Shown piece after piece: positions 11,944 through 23,756 of a stretch of DNA of 60,000 bases. Each line of letters begins with the position of its first letter. The stretch's first letter is position 1. Both the position numbers and the translations under genes were made by a program. The notes beneath the pieces were generated by a model, which was not told the DNA's origin, did no database searches, and worked only from the letters and a program-made list of their open reading frames with translations. Source of the DNA: Mobula hypostoma. Lineage: Eukaryota. The stretch covers positions 102,054,001-102,114,000 of the forward strand of contig NC_086107.1 in the NCBI RefSeq assembly GCF_963921235.1, read 5' to 3'.

Positions 11944-14068
11944 GATTACATCGAACTGGGGGTTCAGTCCCCACAGTGACAATTATATCGAACTGGGGGT
12001 TCATTCCCCACAGTGACAATTACATCGAACTGGGGGTTCATTCCCCACAGAGACAATTACATCGAACTGGGGGTTCATTCCCCACAGAGACAATTACATC
12101 GAACTGGGGGTTCAGTCCCCACAGTGACAATTACATCGAACTGGGGGTTCAGTCCCCACAGTACAATTACATCGAACTGGGGGTTCAGTCCCCACAGAGA
12201 CAATTACATCGAACTGGGGGTTCAGTCCCCACAGAGACAATTACATCGAACTGGGGGTTCAGTCCCCATAATGACAATTACATCGAACTGGGGGTTCAGT
12301 CCCCACAGAGACAATTACATCGAACTGGGGGTTCAGTCCCCACAGAGACAATTACATCGAACTGGGGGTTCAGTCCCCACGGTGACAATTACATCGAACT
12401 GGGGGTTCAGTCCCCACAGTGACAATTACATCGAACTGGGGGTTCAGTCCCCACAGAGACAATTACATCTAACTGGGGGTTCAGTCCCCACAGAGACAAT
12501 TACATCGAACTGGGGGTTCAGTCCCCACAGTGACAATTACATCGAACTGGGGGTTCAGTCCCCATAATGACAATTACATCGAACTGGGGGTTCAGTCCCC
12601 ACAGAGACAATTACATCGAACTGGGGGTTCAGTCCCCACAGTGACAATTACATCGAACTGGGGGTTCAGTCCCCACAGAGACAATTACATCGAACTGGGG
12701 GTTCAGTCCCCACAGAGACAATTACATCGAACTGGGGGTTCAGTCCCCACAGAGACAATTACATCGAACTGGGGGTTCAGTCCCCACAGTGACAATTACA
12801 TCGAACTGGGGGTTCAGTCCCCACAGAGACAATTACATTGAACTGGGGGTTCAGTCCCCACAGAGACAATAACATCGAACTGGGGGTTCAGTCCCCACGG
12901 TGATAATTACATCGAACTGGGGGTTCAGTCCCCACAGAGACAATTACATCGAACTGGGAGTTCAGTCCCCACAGTGACAATTACATCGAACTGGGGGTTC
13001 AGTCCCCACAGAGACAATTACATCGATTTGGGGATTCAGTCCCCACAGTGACAATTACATCGAACTGGGGGTTCAGTCCCCACAGTGACAATTACATCGA
13101 ACTGGGGGTTCAGTCCCCACGGTGACAATTACATCGAACTGGGGGTTCAGTCCCCACAGTGACAATTACATTGAACTGGGGGTTCAGTCCCCACAGTGAC
13201 AATTACATCGAACTGGGGGTTCAGTCCCCACAGAGACAATTACATCGAACTGGGGGTTCAGTCCCCATAATGACAATTACATTGAACTGGGGGTTCAGTC
13301 CCCACAGTGACAATTACATCGAACTGGGGGTTCAGTCCCCACAGAGACAATTACATCGAACTGGGGGTTCAGTCCCCATAATGACAATTACATCGAACTG
13401 GGGGTTCAGTCCCCACAGAGACAATTACATCGAACTGGGGGTTCAGTCCCCACAGTGACAATTACATCGAACTGGGGGTTCAGTCCCCACAGAGACAATT
13501 ACATCGAACTGGGGGTTCAGTCCCCACAGTGACAATTACATCGAACTGGGGGTTCAGTCCCCACAGAGACAATTACATCGAACTGGGGGTTCAGTCCCCA
13601 CAGAGACAATTACATCGAACTGGGGGTTCAGTCCCCACAGAGACAATTACATCGAACTGGGGGTTCAGTCCCCACAGAGACAATTACATCGAACTGGGGG
13701 TTCAGTCCCCACAGTGACAATTACATCGAACTGGGGGTTCAGTCCCCATAATGACAATTACATCGAACTGGGGGTTCAGTCCCCACAGAGACAATTACAT
13801 TGAACTGGGGGTTCAGTCCCCACAGAGACAATTACATCGAACTGGGGGTTCAGTCCCCACGGTGACAATTACATCGAACTGGGGGTTCAGTCCCCACAGA
13901 GACAATTACATCGAACTGGGAGTTCAGTCCCCACAGTGACAATTACATCGAACTGGGGGTTCAGTCCCCACAGAGACAATTACATCGAACTGGGGATTCA
14001 GTCCCCACAGTGACAATTACATCGAACTGGGGGTTCAGTCCCCACAGAGACAATTACATCGAACTGGG
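11944..14068. repeat. 37-bp minisatellite, about 57 units (GACAATTACATCGAACTGGGGGTTCAGTCCCCACAG[A/T])
   Basis: Head-to-tail units with no spacers; variants CACAGAG, CACAGTG, CATAATG, CACGGTG. Confidence 0.99.
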
Positions 14069-14803
14069 GCGGGGAGTTTATTCCTGGTGTGGTCATTATT
14101 CCACTGACCACACAACGCAGCCGGTATTTTTGTAGCGTCAAGGGTTATGACGCAGACGCGATGACGGGACAATTGGTGACAGAAGGACCGAGAGCCTGAA
14201 ATGAGAAACAGAAAATGCCGGAAACACTCAGCAGGTCAGGCAGCCTCTGTGGAAAGAGAAGTGGCGTTAGCCTATCTGGTTCAAGAACCTTTGTCAGAAC
14301 TTTGTTGGGCTTGAAACGTTTTCTCTGTTTTTCTCTCCACAGTTGCTGCCCGACCAGCTGAACGTCTCCAACATGTTTGTTTTTTTTATTTCGGTATTCC
14401 AGCATCTGCAGTGTTGGGATTCTGGGGACGAAGGTCTAGAGTGACGGACTGACATTTTAATCCACAGGTGATTGCAGTGACTAAACCCAAAATCCAGGCA
14501 TGTTCTTACAGACACTGACACTCTTGGTTTAGATTTCCGGTCTGTCATTTCAGATGGTTTTGAGTAATTGAATACCCGAGTTTGACACTCAGTGGCTGTG
14601 ATTGAAGCTGTTTTCTCTGCCTTTTGCATTGAGCGTTGCGCGGACTCTTTAAGCCTGGGACCCGTTTAGCTGCGGCCTGTACCCTGCCCGGCACGGGGGG
14701 CCAGCCAGCGTCTGTGATCGGGAGAGCGGTTTGGAAGGGGAAGTGGGGTCGGTTCCTTCTGCGCCTCGTTCCCCTGTCACGTTGGGTCCTCTTGCCCTTC
14801 CAG

Positions 14804-14969
14804 CCTCTCCAACATCCCGCTGACGCCAGAGAGCCAGCGGGACCACGACCGGCGCATCCGCAGGGAGATCGCCAACAGCAATGAGCGGCGGCGCATGCAG
14901 AGCATCAACGCCGGCTTCCAGTCCCTGAAGGTGTTGCTACCCCACACGGACGGCGAGAAGCTCAGCAAG
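14804..14969 (+). CDS. TFAP4: TFAP4-like exon 2, basic region and helix 1 (SLSNIPLTPESQRDHDRRIRREIANSNERRRMQSINAGFQSLKVLLPHTDGEKLSK)
   Basis: Near-identical to the AP-4 bHLH; acceptor cccttccag, donor gtcagt; 166 bp. Confidence 0.97.
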
Positions 14970-15998
14970 GTCAGTGTCAGCCCACCGTTTCCTTCCTCCC
15001 ATTGATTGCTGCGTCCGTCAGCTGACCAGCAAGGGCCTTTCCTGTTTCCAGCTGCACCGCCTTCCTTCTGACTCTGAATCGCTTTTGCAGGACCCATTCC
15101 AAGCGGGTGGCTATTGTTTTCCCCTTCATTCCCTTCCCGTGCCCTCTCCTGCTCCCGGTGTCTTGATCTGTGGCCTGGTAACTACCTGCCCCGAGCTGGG
15201 AGAGTAGGAATGTCCCAGGTCTGGTCTCCAATCTTGACCCTGTCACCGGGGTGGCCTTTGGGGACTCACGGACCCCTCTCCTGGAGGCGATGTGGTGGGA
15301 GGTTAGGTTTCCCTTCTCTCTGGTGCCCAGTGTGACAATGAGGAGAGGGTATAGCACCTTGTTCCCATGGTTGATTCACTGCACACACAAAGATCCTCGG
15401 GAGCTGCATACTACAACCAGACTTCCCTCCATTGTTGGCTCTTTGGTCCTTTTCTCACCCGTCCTCCATGGGAAAAGAACAGGGTAACGACCGTCGTTCC
15501 TTGTCCTGTGGCGGAGTTGGCAGGCAGTGTTTGCCAATGTGGTCATGGAATCAAATGGTCCAAACAGACCCTTTGGCCCGTTTGGTTCATGCCGACCAAG
15601 ATGCTTATCCAGTCGAGACCCACTTGCCCATATCTGGTTTAAAACTTCTTAAACTTCTCTGACTGCCTTTTAAAAATTGTTCATACGCCTGCATCAAACA
15701 CTTCCTCTGAAGCTCATTCCACATATAGGTCACTATCCGTGAAGAAAAAATATTTGCCCCTCTCTCCCCTCTCACCTTAAGTTTCTGCCTCTGGTTCTTG
15801 ATTCTCCAACCCTAGGAGAAAAATTGTGCACATTCATCCTATCTATACCCCCTCGAAGTTTCATGCACCTTGTTTTGGCCTTTTCTTCTGGTAGTGGAGC
15901 CCTTTATTTTCTTTGGTCCTGTGTTGACAGCAAGGGACCCTGCTGGGACCCTGGGATCCACCATTACCTTACTGCTGGGACCCTGGGATCCATCATCA

Positions 15999-16300
15999 CA
16001 TAAGAACATAAGAAATAGGAGCAGGATTCAGCCATCTGGCCCGTCCAGCCTGCTCCCCCATTCAATAAGATCATGGCTGATCTGACCATGGATTCGTCTC
16101 CACCTACCTGCCTTTTCCCCATAACCCTTAATTCTCCCCACTATGCAAAAATCTACCCAGCCTTGCCTTAAATATATTTACTGAGGTAGCCTCCACTGCT
16201 TCATTGGGCGGAGAATTCCACAGATTCACCACCCTCTGGGAAAAGCAAATTCCTCCTCATCTCCGTCCTAAATCTACTCCCCCTAATCTTGAGGCTATGT
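15999..16300 (-). mobile_element. CR1-clade LINE 3' end
   Basis: (CATAAGAA) tail repeats and CR1 3' UTR similar to 8870-9200. Confidence 0.75.
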
Positions 16301-16698
16301 CACCTCTCTGGAGGAGCCCTGGGATCCATCATCACCTCTCTGAATGTCTTACCTGCTCACGAGCCCTCAAAACCCAACCTAGCGTTGGTCCCACCTCACC
16401 GCTCAGTGTCAAAATGAACTTCTCCAAAGTGAACTCACAGGAAAAACTTCATTCAGGTCAGGAGGGCCCATTATTGGCAACAATGGTGAATATAAAACTT
16501 AACCTGTCAGCTCCTTACTCCCGTATACCCAGTAAACTAAAACAAATCGGATTGATTTCTGAGACAGGCTGCACTTGACGTCGACTTTCGACAGAGATTC
16601 TAAAGCATCAGCCCTCTCGGCTCAGAGCTATGTAACATTGCAGGGAGGGGGTATGTTTGACGGCAAAGTGATTGTCTCCTCTCGCTCTCTGCTGGCAG

Positions 16699-16797
16699 GC
16701 TGCCATCCTACAACAAACAGCAGAGTACATCTTTACCCTGGAGGAGGAGAAAACCCAGCTGCTGCAGCAGAACGCACACCTGAAGCGTCTGGTACAG
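16699..16797 (+). CDS. TFAP4: TFAP4-like exon 3, helix 2 and leucine zipper 1 (AAILQQTAEYIFTLEEEKTQLLQQNAHLKRLVQ)
   Basis: AAILQQTAEYIF motif; acceptor ctggcag, donor gtgagc; 99 bp. Confidence 0.97.
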
Positions 16798-16961
16798 GTG
16801 AGCGGGCATGGAAACTGGAGCCTCGTTGACCGGGAAGGCACGTCCTATTGTTTGTACTGATTTAATTAGCATCCCTACGAGTTATCACCAATTAATCCAA
16901 TTCATTTATTACCTGGAGGTACCAGGCCACGCTGTCCAATTACACCCATGTGACCAATTAA

Positions 16962-17765
16962 GCAGGATGTTTCCTATTGTGGGGGGAGTCTAGGACCAGA
17001 GGACACAGCCTCAGAATAGGGGGACGTCCCTTTGAACAGAAATGAGGAATTTCTTCAGCAGAGAGTGGTGAATTGAGGAATTCATTGCCACAGACGGCTG
17101 TGGGGGCCGAACCACTGGGTATATTTAAAGCAAGAGGTTGATAGGTTCTTAATTTGGAGAGTAACTTGGAAAATGTGACGATAGACAATAGGTGCAGGAG
17201 TAGGCCATTCGGCCCTTCGAGCCAGCACCACCATTCACTGTGATCATGGCTGATCATCCACAATCAGTATCCAGTTCCTGCCTTATCCCCATAACCTTTG
17301 ATTCCACTATCTTTAAGAGCTCTATCCATCTCTTTCTTGAAAGCATCCAGAGACTTGGCCTCCACTGTCTTCTGGGGCAGAGCATTCCACATATCCACCA
17401 CTCTTTGGGTGAAAAAGTTTTTCCTCAACTCCGTTCTAAATGGCCTACCCCTTATTCTTAAACTGTGGCCTCTGGTTCAGGACTCACCCATCAGCGGGAA
17501 CATGCTTCCTGCCTGCAGCGTGTCCAACCCCTTAATAATCTTATTAATGTGTAGCTGGGGTGGTTGATGGTTGCATTGAGCTGTTCTCTGCTCGTGGCAA
17601 AGATCGGAGACCATCTCAGCCCAACCGGGCTCTTAATTAGTCCGGCTGTCAAAGGTTACGGGGAGAAGGCAGGGAATGAGGTTGAGAAGGAAAAGGAATC
17701 AGCCATGATGGAATGGTGGGGCAGACTCAGTGGATCAAATGGCCTAATTCTGCTTCTATGTCTTT
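16962..17765. mobile_element. Nested CR1 3' fragments: a + copy interrupted by a - copy (about 17180-17545)
   Basis: + part resembles 45440-45740; - part begins with an ATAGACAATAG tail. Confidence 0.7.
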
Positions 17766-18824
17766 GGACTGTGGGAGAAAACCGGAGCACCTGGGGGAAA
17801 CCCACGCAGTCACGGGGAGAATGTACAGACTCCTTCCAGACAGCGGTGAGAATGGAACTTGGGTTGCTCGTGCTGGGACGGTGACACATTAACCACTGGG
17901 CTACAGTGATACCCCTACCCCCACCACGCCCACAAACAGGGTGTCGTTGTGTTCCCATAGCAGAGGACTGGTGCCACGTTCAATCTCCAGCGAGGCAGCT
18001 CCAACCCCTGGGAAGCTGGAAGTCAAACTCCCAGGAGCCCACGGATAACAGCCGGAGTCTTGACCTCCGACGAGGGCGACTGGAACATTGGTTTATTATT
18101 GTCAAGTGAACGAGACACAGTGAAAAGACTTTGGTGCATTCTATCATGGAGCGTTACAGCACTGTGCAGGCCCTTTGAAGCCTGTGATGTTGTGCCGACC
18201 TTTTAACTCCAAGCCCAATCTAACCCGACCCTCCTACATAGCCCTCCATTTATCTGTCCATACAGATCCTTTCGTGCCTTCGTAGATCAGGGTAGAAACG
18301 GCAAATCAAAACAATGCAGCACGTAGCTGCAGTGCAGTGAAATGAAATGCAAGGGCTCGAGAGATGAGTTCGTCTTTATCGTAGACGAGGTTGTGTGTTA
18401 TTTATTTATTTATTGGGTTACAGCTTGGAATAGGCCCCTGGCCACCCAGCAATCCCCTAATTGAACCCCAGCCTAATCACGGGACAACTTACAGTGACCA
18501 ATTCCCCTGCCAATCGGTACATCTTTGAACTGTGGGAGGAAACCGGAGCACCCGGGGGAAACCCACGCAGTTCCGGGGAGAACATACAAACTCCTTATAG
18601 GCAGCAGCAGGAATAGAAACTCAAACCTCCGCTGCCTTGTGGCTGTACCCACTCACAGAGAAGGCCGCAGGAGTAAATGCAGAGGGAAAAATCCAGAGCT
18701 GGAGTCCCTGCATTGAGTTCAACGCTGACTGGCACCTCCTGCGACGCCGCTGGTACCAAACTGTATCTGTCTCGGCCGTTCCTTTGGGTTCATCAGATGC
18801 GTGGAGAGGGGGAGCCTGCTGCTT

Positions 18825-19358
18825 GAAATTGAAATATCTTTATTGCCATTGCATAGTACGATTTGTCATGCACCAATACGGCGAAAATGAGTTTGCAACT
18901 CTGGTACTCAATGCTATAAAACAACAAATAAAATAAATAAACAATAAGTAAAATCAAGTAACCAGCCAGTACAAGCAATGTCCAGCAGTACAAAAGCACA
19001 ACTCAGATGCATGACAGTCATAAAACCAGTATTAAAGTAGCAATATAACAATTTATGGATGATGCTTGATCGATTAGTTCAGAGCAATTATAGCTCAGGG
19101 GGAAAAGGCTAGTTTTCAGTCTGGAAGTGCGAACATAGAAAATCTTATAATGTCTGCCAGATGGAAGTTCAAACAGATGATTTCATGGGTGTGTATTGTC
19201 CTTACAGATGCTTGTAGCTTTCCTTAGGCAGCGAGAGCTGTAGGTGTCCTCCAGGGCTGGGAGCTGTGTCCCGCTGATCTTCTGTGCGCTAGAGACAACC
19301 CGCTGAACTGCTTTCCTATCAACTGCTGTACAACTGAGATACCACACAGTGAGATACT
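18825..19358 (-). mobile_element. Rex1/Babar-type LINE 3' fragment inserted in another repeat
   Basis: LTVWYLSCTAVDRKAVQRVVSSAQKISG..RCLRKATSICKDNTHP. Confidence 0.8.
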
Positions 19359-19469
19359 CGGGCAACAGCTCGCTCTCCGTGTCGTACTGCCCAGGCTTGT
19401 GTGTGTAGACAGTTAGGACGCGACATCCATGTTCGGCCCTGACCGACGGAGGCTTCAGAGAAGTGTAAC

Positions 19470-19680
19470 ACTGTTACAGTAACAGCGATTCAGGTTCAAT
19501 TCCACGTCTGTCTGTAAGGAGTTCGTACGTTCTCCCCGTGACCGTCTGGGTTTCCTCCGGGTGCTCCGGTTTCCTCCCACGGTCTAAAGAGTTAAAGGTT
19601 AATTGGTCAGCTGGGTGTGGTTAGGCGGTGCAAACCTTTTGAGCTGGAAAGGCTTGTTACTGTGGTGTATCTGAACGAAA
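19470..19680 (+). mobile_element. V-SINE/HE1-type tRNA-derived SINE (related copies near 17765-17905, 18410-18615, 29215-29430, 34010-34280)
   Basis: B-box GGTTCAATTCC and V-domain GGGTTTCCTCCGGGTGCTCCGGTTTCCTCCCA. Confidence 0.8.
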
Positions 19681-19864
19681 ATGAACAAGTCACCAGCTGG
19701 GCTGTTGTGTGATCGACCTCTGTCACTGAGTAAGCGTTTGGGATTTCCATGGGAAACTCCCTTCCAAAGCCCTGGCGTTGGGTCGCTGGCGCTCAGCGGG
19801 GAATGAAGCAGCACCCTCGGTACAGGCTGGAGTAAGCGAGCGCTTTTCCCTCTCTCCTCCCCAG

Positions 19865-20011
19865 GAGTACTCGGGCTCCTCCCCGAAGCGGAAACGGGGC
19901 GACGAATCTGACGAGGGGATCGGTTCTCCGGATTCGGCGGACGACGAGCTGGCTGAACTCCGGCAGCACCTGGAGAAGGAGAGATTGGTGCGGCTCAGCT
20001 TGGAGGAGAAG
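19865..20011 (+). CDS. TFAP4: TFAP4-like exon 4 (EYSGSSPKRKRGDESDEGIGSPDSADDELAELRQHLEKERLVRLSLEEK)
   Basis: SGSSPKR and DEGIGSP motifs of AP-4; pyrimidine-rich acceptor ccccag, donor gtctga; 147 bp. Confidence 0.95.
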
Positions 20012-21291
20012 GTCTGAATTATGTTCATGGGATGGGGCGGGGGGGATGAAATCTGTTGTCCGTGGTGTGTTCGTGGGGGGTGGGTCTGCTGTCTGGGGCA
20101 TATTCATGGGGCGGGGGCGGATCTGTCCACAACGCATTCACTGGTGGGGATTTGTTTATGGGGTGGTGGGGTGGGTTGGATCCGTTGTCAGTGATGTGCT
20201 CAGAGGTGAGGTAGGTGCTCTGGAAAGAAAGGATGGCTCCATAGGGGGAGTGGAATACAGATGAAATCATTGAGTTACAGAGCAATGAAAAAAGCCTTTC
20301 AACGTGATTTGTGCATGCTCACCCGGATGTCTACAAGCTAATCCCCTTTCCCCTGTATTTGGGCCAATTAACTCCAAACCTTTCCAGTCCATCCACCTGT
20401 GTTCTACCTGCATTGTACTTTGTGACGTAAGTTTATTTTGGGTGGTTATTCACGTGGGTGGGAGCACGGTAAGCAAAGAGTTTTAGTGATGTAGTTATGA
20501 TTTTGTCTTTCGGTCAGTTTGAGCTGGGGAGTGAACCAGGATGATGGCTGTTTCGTTGACTGCTTAACTTTGCTTAAAACTGCTTAATAACACTTCAACT
20601 TCATTTAAATAGCTTAGTTAGGTTGAAGAAAGCTCAGATAAGTTTAATACGCTAAAACTGTTTGTTTTATCGCTAGTTTTAGTTTCATTAGTTTTTAAAT
20701 CACTTCAAGATTGCTTGTTTTGCTAGTTTCTTAATAAAGGATCAAATTTATTCTTTGACTTTGAATTTTATTAATTGGATTGGACGGGCGGTGTGTCAGA
20801 CAGGGTTAAACCCCCTCCTGTGTTTAGTCTCCAAGCAGTGTTGTTCTGTTTGAGTAGCTGCTGCACCTTGAAACTGTCGAGATGTCTTAAAAAACATTGT
20901 AACTGTACCACCTGTACACTTGCCCTGGCAAATTGTTCCATTACTCACCATCTCCTTGTGAGAAAGCTTCCCCCGGGGGGACTTGTAAATCCGTGTGCTC
21001 TAGCTTTAGTCTCCCCTACCCAGGGAAAACTCTGATCTCAAACCTCCACTGCCTTGCGGCTGTACCCACTCATGGGGAAGGCTTCGGGAGTAAACCCTGA
21101 GGGAAAATCTGGAGCTGGAGTCCCTGCATTGAGTTCAACTCAGACTGGCAACTCCTGCGACGCTGCTGGTGCCGAACTGTATCGATCTCTGCCGTTCCTT
21201 TGGGTTCATCAGATCTGTGGAGAGGGGAAGCCTGCTACATGGGCAACAGCTTGCTCTCCATATTGTACTGCCCAGGCTTGAGTATCTAGAC

Positions 21292-22457
21292 CAGCGGTCC
21301 CCAACCACCGGGCCGCGAGGAAACGATATGATTTGGCGATAGGAGTCAGCTTCACCTTTCCTCATTCCCTGTCACGCCCACTGTCGAGCCATTACACATG
21401 CGAGGTTATTACCCGCGCGTCATCCATTTCAGCGCGGGAAGGAGATCAACTCCTCGAGCTTGCAAATGACGACAGGCTGAAAAGTATGTTTGACATAACA
21501 TCTCTGCCGGCATTATGGATCAAAGTCAAGGCTGAATATCCTGAGATAGCCACGAAAGCACTGAAAACATTGCTTCCATTTCCAACATATCTCTGCAATG
21601 AATGCAACGAAAACTAAATTGCGGAATAGACTGGACATTAGGAACCCCCTTCGAATATCGCTGTCTCTCATCACCCTTCGATAGGACCGTCTTGTTGCAG
21701 GAAAACAATCCCAGGGCTCCCACTGATTCAGTGATATTGGTGTGTTGCAATGATTTTATATGTTCATATGGGGAAAATATGTGCTGCGTGTTATGTGCTG
21801 TAATATCCAAACGATACTTAAAATGTTATGATGCTATTGACTTATATAACTATATAACAATTACAGCATGGAAACAGGCCCCCTCTGCCCTTCTAGTCCG
21901 TGCTGAACGCTACTCTCACCTAGTCCCACCGACCTGCACTCAGCCCATAACCCTCCATTCCTTTCCTGCCCAGAAACCTATCCAATTTTTCTTTAAATGA
22001 TAATATCGAACCTGCCTCTACCACTTCTACTGGAAGTTCGTTCAACGTTTATTTCAAGCTCCCCTGATAATTGACTTATCACTATATTCATGCAAGGAAA
22101 ATATGCGCTGTGTGTTTAATATTAAATTCGTTAGATAAACCCTTTTAGAAACAAAATTGAGTGTATTAGCTAATTATCATCTATATTCCGGTCGTGATTA
22201 ACAGCCCCCCCCAAACAGAATCGCCAAAAACGATTTGTAGAAAAAAAACCGTATACGCATGCACACTGGTGCCCGTGCAAGGCTTCATGGTCATTGTAGT
22301 CTTTCTCGGGGAAACCCAGCGTATTTGACTGCTAACAACAGGAATTCTGCTACTCTTGTCCGTTGACAAGCCTTACCTCCCCCCCCAGTCGGCCGGTCCG
22401 CAAGAATATTGACAATATGAAACCGGTCCGTAGTGCGATAAAGGTTGGGGACCCTTG
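21292..22457 (+). mobile_element. hAT (Charlie/Buster-type) deleted DNA transposon
   Basis: TIRs CAGCGGTCCCCAACC / GGTTGGGGACCCTTG; 8-bp TSD ATCTAGAC at 21284-21291 and 22458-22465; hATC peptide LWIKVKAEYPEIATKALKTLLPFPTYLC. Confidence 0.93.
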
Positions 22458-23030
22458 ATCTAGACTGCTAGGACACAATATCCATGGTCAACTTTGACCG
22501 ACAGAGGCCCTCACCTCACCCAGGGAAAAAAAAGTGTGACAATCCACCCCTTATGATTTTATATACCTCTACAAGGTCACCCCCTCGCCTCCTCACTTCA
22601 GGGAAAAAAGTCCGGCCTCTCCTTATAATTCAAGCCCTGCAGTCCCAGGAAAATGTTGGTGCAAAAAAAAAGATGCACATTCCAGGTTAGTGACCTTCGT
22701 CCTACAGCTGGGTGATCAGAACCGAGCACAATACTCCCGAGTGTTGGGCGGCAGGGTGGAGATGAGCCTCTACCAAAAGGGGTGTAAGGTGCTCCTTCCC
22801 TCCACTGGCCTACTCCTCGCGGACAGCGGGGGGAAATGAACCCCAATCGTTGGGTGGTGCACCAAGCGTGCTGCCCTGACGGGGGAACTGGCAGTCAGAA
22901 ACTCCGTGCCCGACCGACCTGTCTCCCGAGTCGTGGGGGGGTGGGGGGATGCCGGCAGGGTTCTGGGGCGGGGCTCGGCGGAAGGAGCTGGTACAAGCAC
23001 AGAGGAACGACCTGCTGTCTCTTCCGGTAG

Positions 23031-23159
23031 GTGAAATCGCTGGAGTCGCAGCTGCAGCCCAGCAGGCTGAAGGAGGTGCTGCAGCAGGAGCAGGAGACGG
23101 TGCTGGAGCGACACAGGCAGATGGTGGAGGAGCAGCAGAAAGCCATTGGCACTGCGCAG
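23031..23159 (+). CDS. TFAP4: TFAP4-like exon 5 (VKSLESQLQPSRLKEVLQQEQETVLERHRQMVEEQQKAIGTAQ)
   Basis: V.SLE start and Q/E-rich coiled coil as in AP-4; acceptor cttccggtag, donor gtaggg; 129 bp. Confidence 0.92.
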
Positions 23160-23374
23160 GTAGGGTCCCGCTGAGCGGCTGCTTTACGTTTGACTGAGGC
23201 AAGTTCCTGACCCTTTTTATGCCATGGGCCCCAGGTTGGCAGCCCCTGGATTTTGTCCTGGATGGGAGTGGGGATGGGCGTTATTTCTGATCTTCCTGTT
23301 CCCTGCTCACTTTATTGCCATTCAAATGTCTCTGCTCTATTTCTGAGTGGAGGAGGTGTTGGCGGTGTCTCCTT

Positions 23375-23756
23375 ACAGAATGGTGGCGAGGTGGGGACAA
23401 GTTTCTACCAAAGGAGGTGTAAGGTGCTCCTTCCCTCCGCTAGCCTGCAGGTCACCCTTGGGCAAGGTGTAGCACCTGCTTAGCCCCCCGATCAGGGTCA
23501 TGTTAAGCCATGGGAGCTGGTGTGGATGGTTGTATGAGTAGCTGGTGCATATCACAGGTCCTGGTATGCAACCACTTTGACGCTAGAGGCAATCTCTGAG
23601 GAGTATTGACAATGGCTGCAGTCACCTGTCTTGTAAAGATACTGCCCCGAAGAAGGCAGTGGCAAACCACTTCCACAGAAAAATTTGCTAAGAACAACCG
23701 TGGCCAAAGACTATGGTTGCCCACGTCATACGACATGACACGTAATAATGATGATG
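23375..23756 (+). mobile_element. RTE-related SINE-like repeat (partial copies at 22745-22810 and 38520-38625)
   Basis: GAAGGCAGTGGCAAACCACT motif, (ATG)n tail, internal similarity to other copies in the window. Confidence 0.55.

Noticed and set aside
11976..13939. Repetitive ORFs (DNYIELGVQSPQRQLHRTGGSVP...)
   Set aside because: Products of a 37-bp unit cycling through frames; broken by stops, with no splice or start context
11944..14068. CRISPR array (37-bp partly palindromic repeat)
   Set aside because: Units abut with no unique spacers, there are no cas genes, and the context is a vertebrate intron
11944..14068. Array of V(D)J recombination signals (CACAGTG/CACAGAG heptamers)
   Set aside because: No ACAAAAACC-like nonamer at 12 or 23 bp spacing and no V, D or J segments nearby
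15935..16345. Repeated CCCTGGGATCCA(T/C)CAT motif as a regulatory array
   Set aside because: Only three degenerate copies, split by a CR1 tail; most simply a small local duplication
19470..19520. tRNA gene (GGTTCAATTCC B-box)
   Set aside because: No cloverleaf; it is the head of a V-SINE followed by the V-domain
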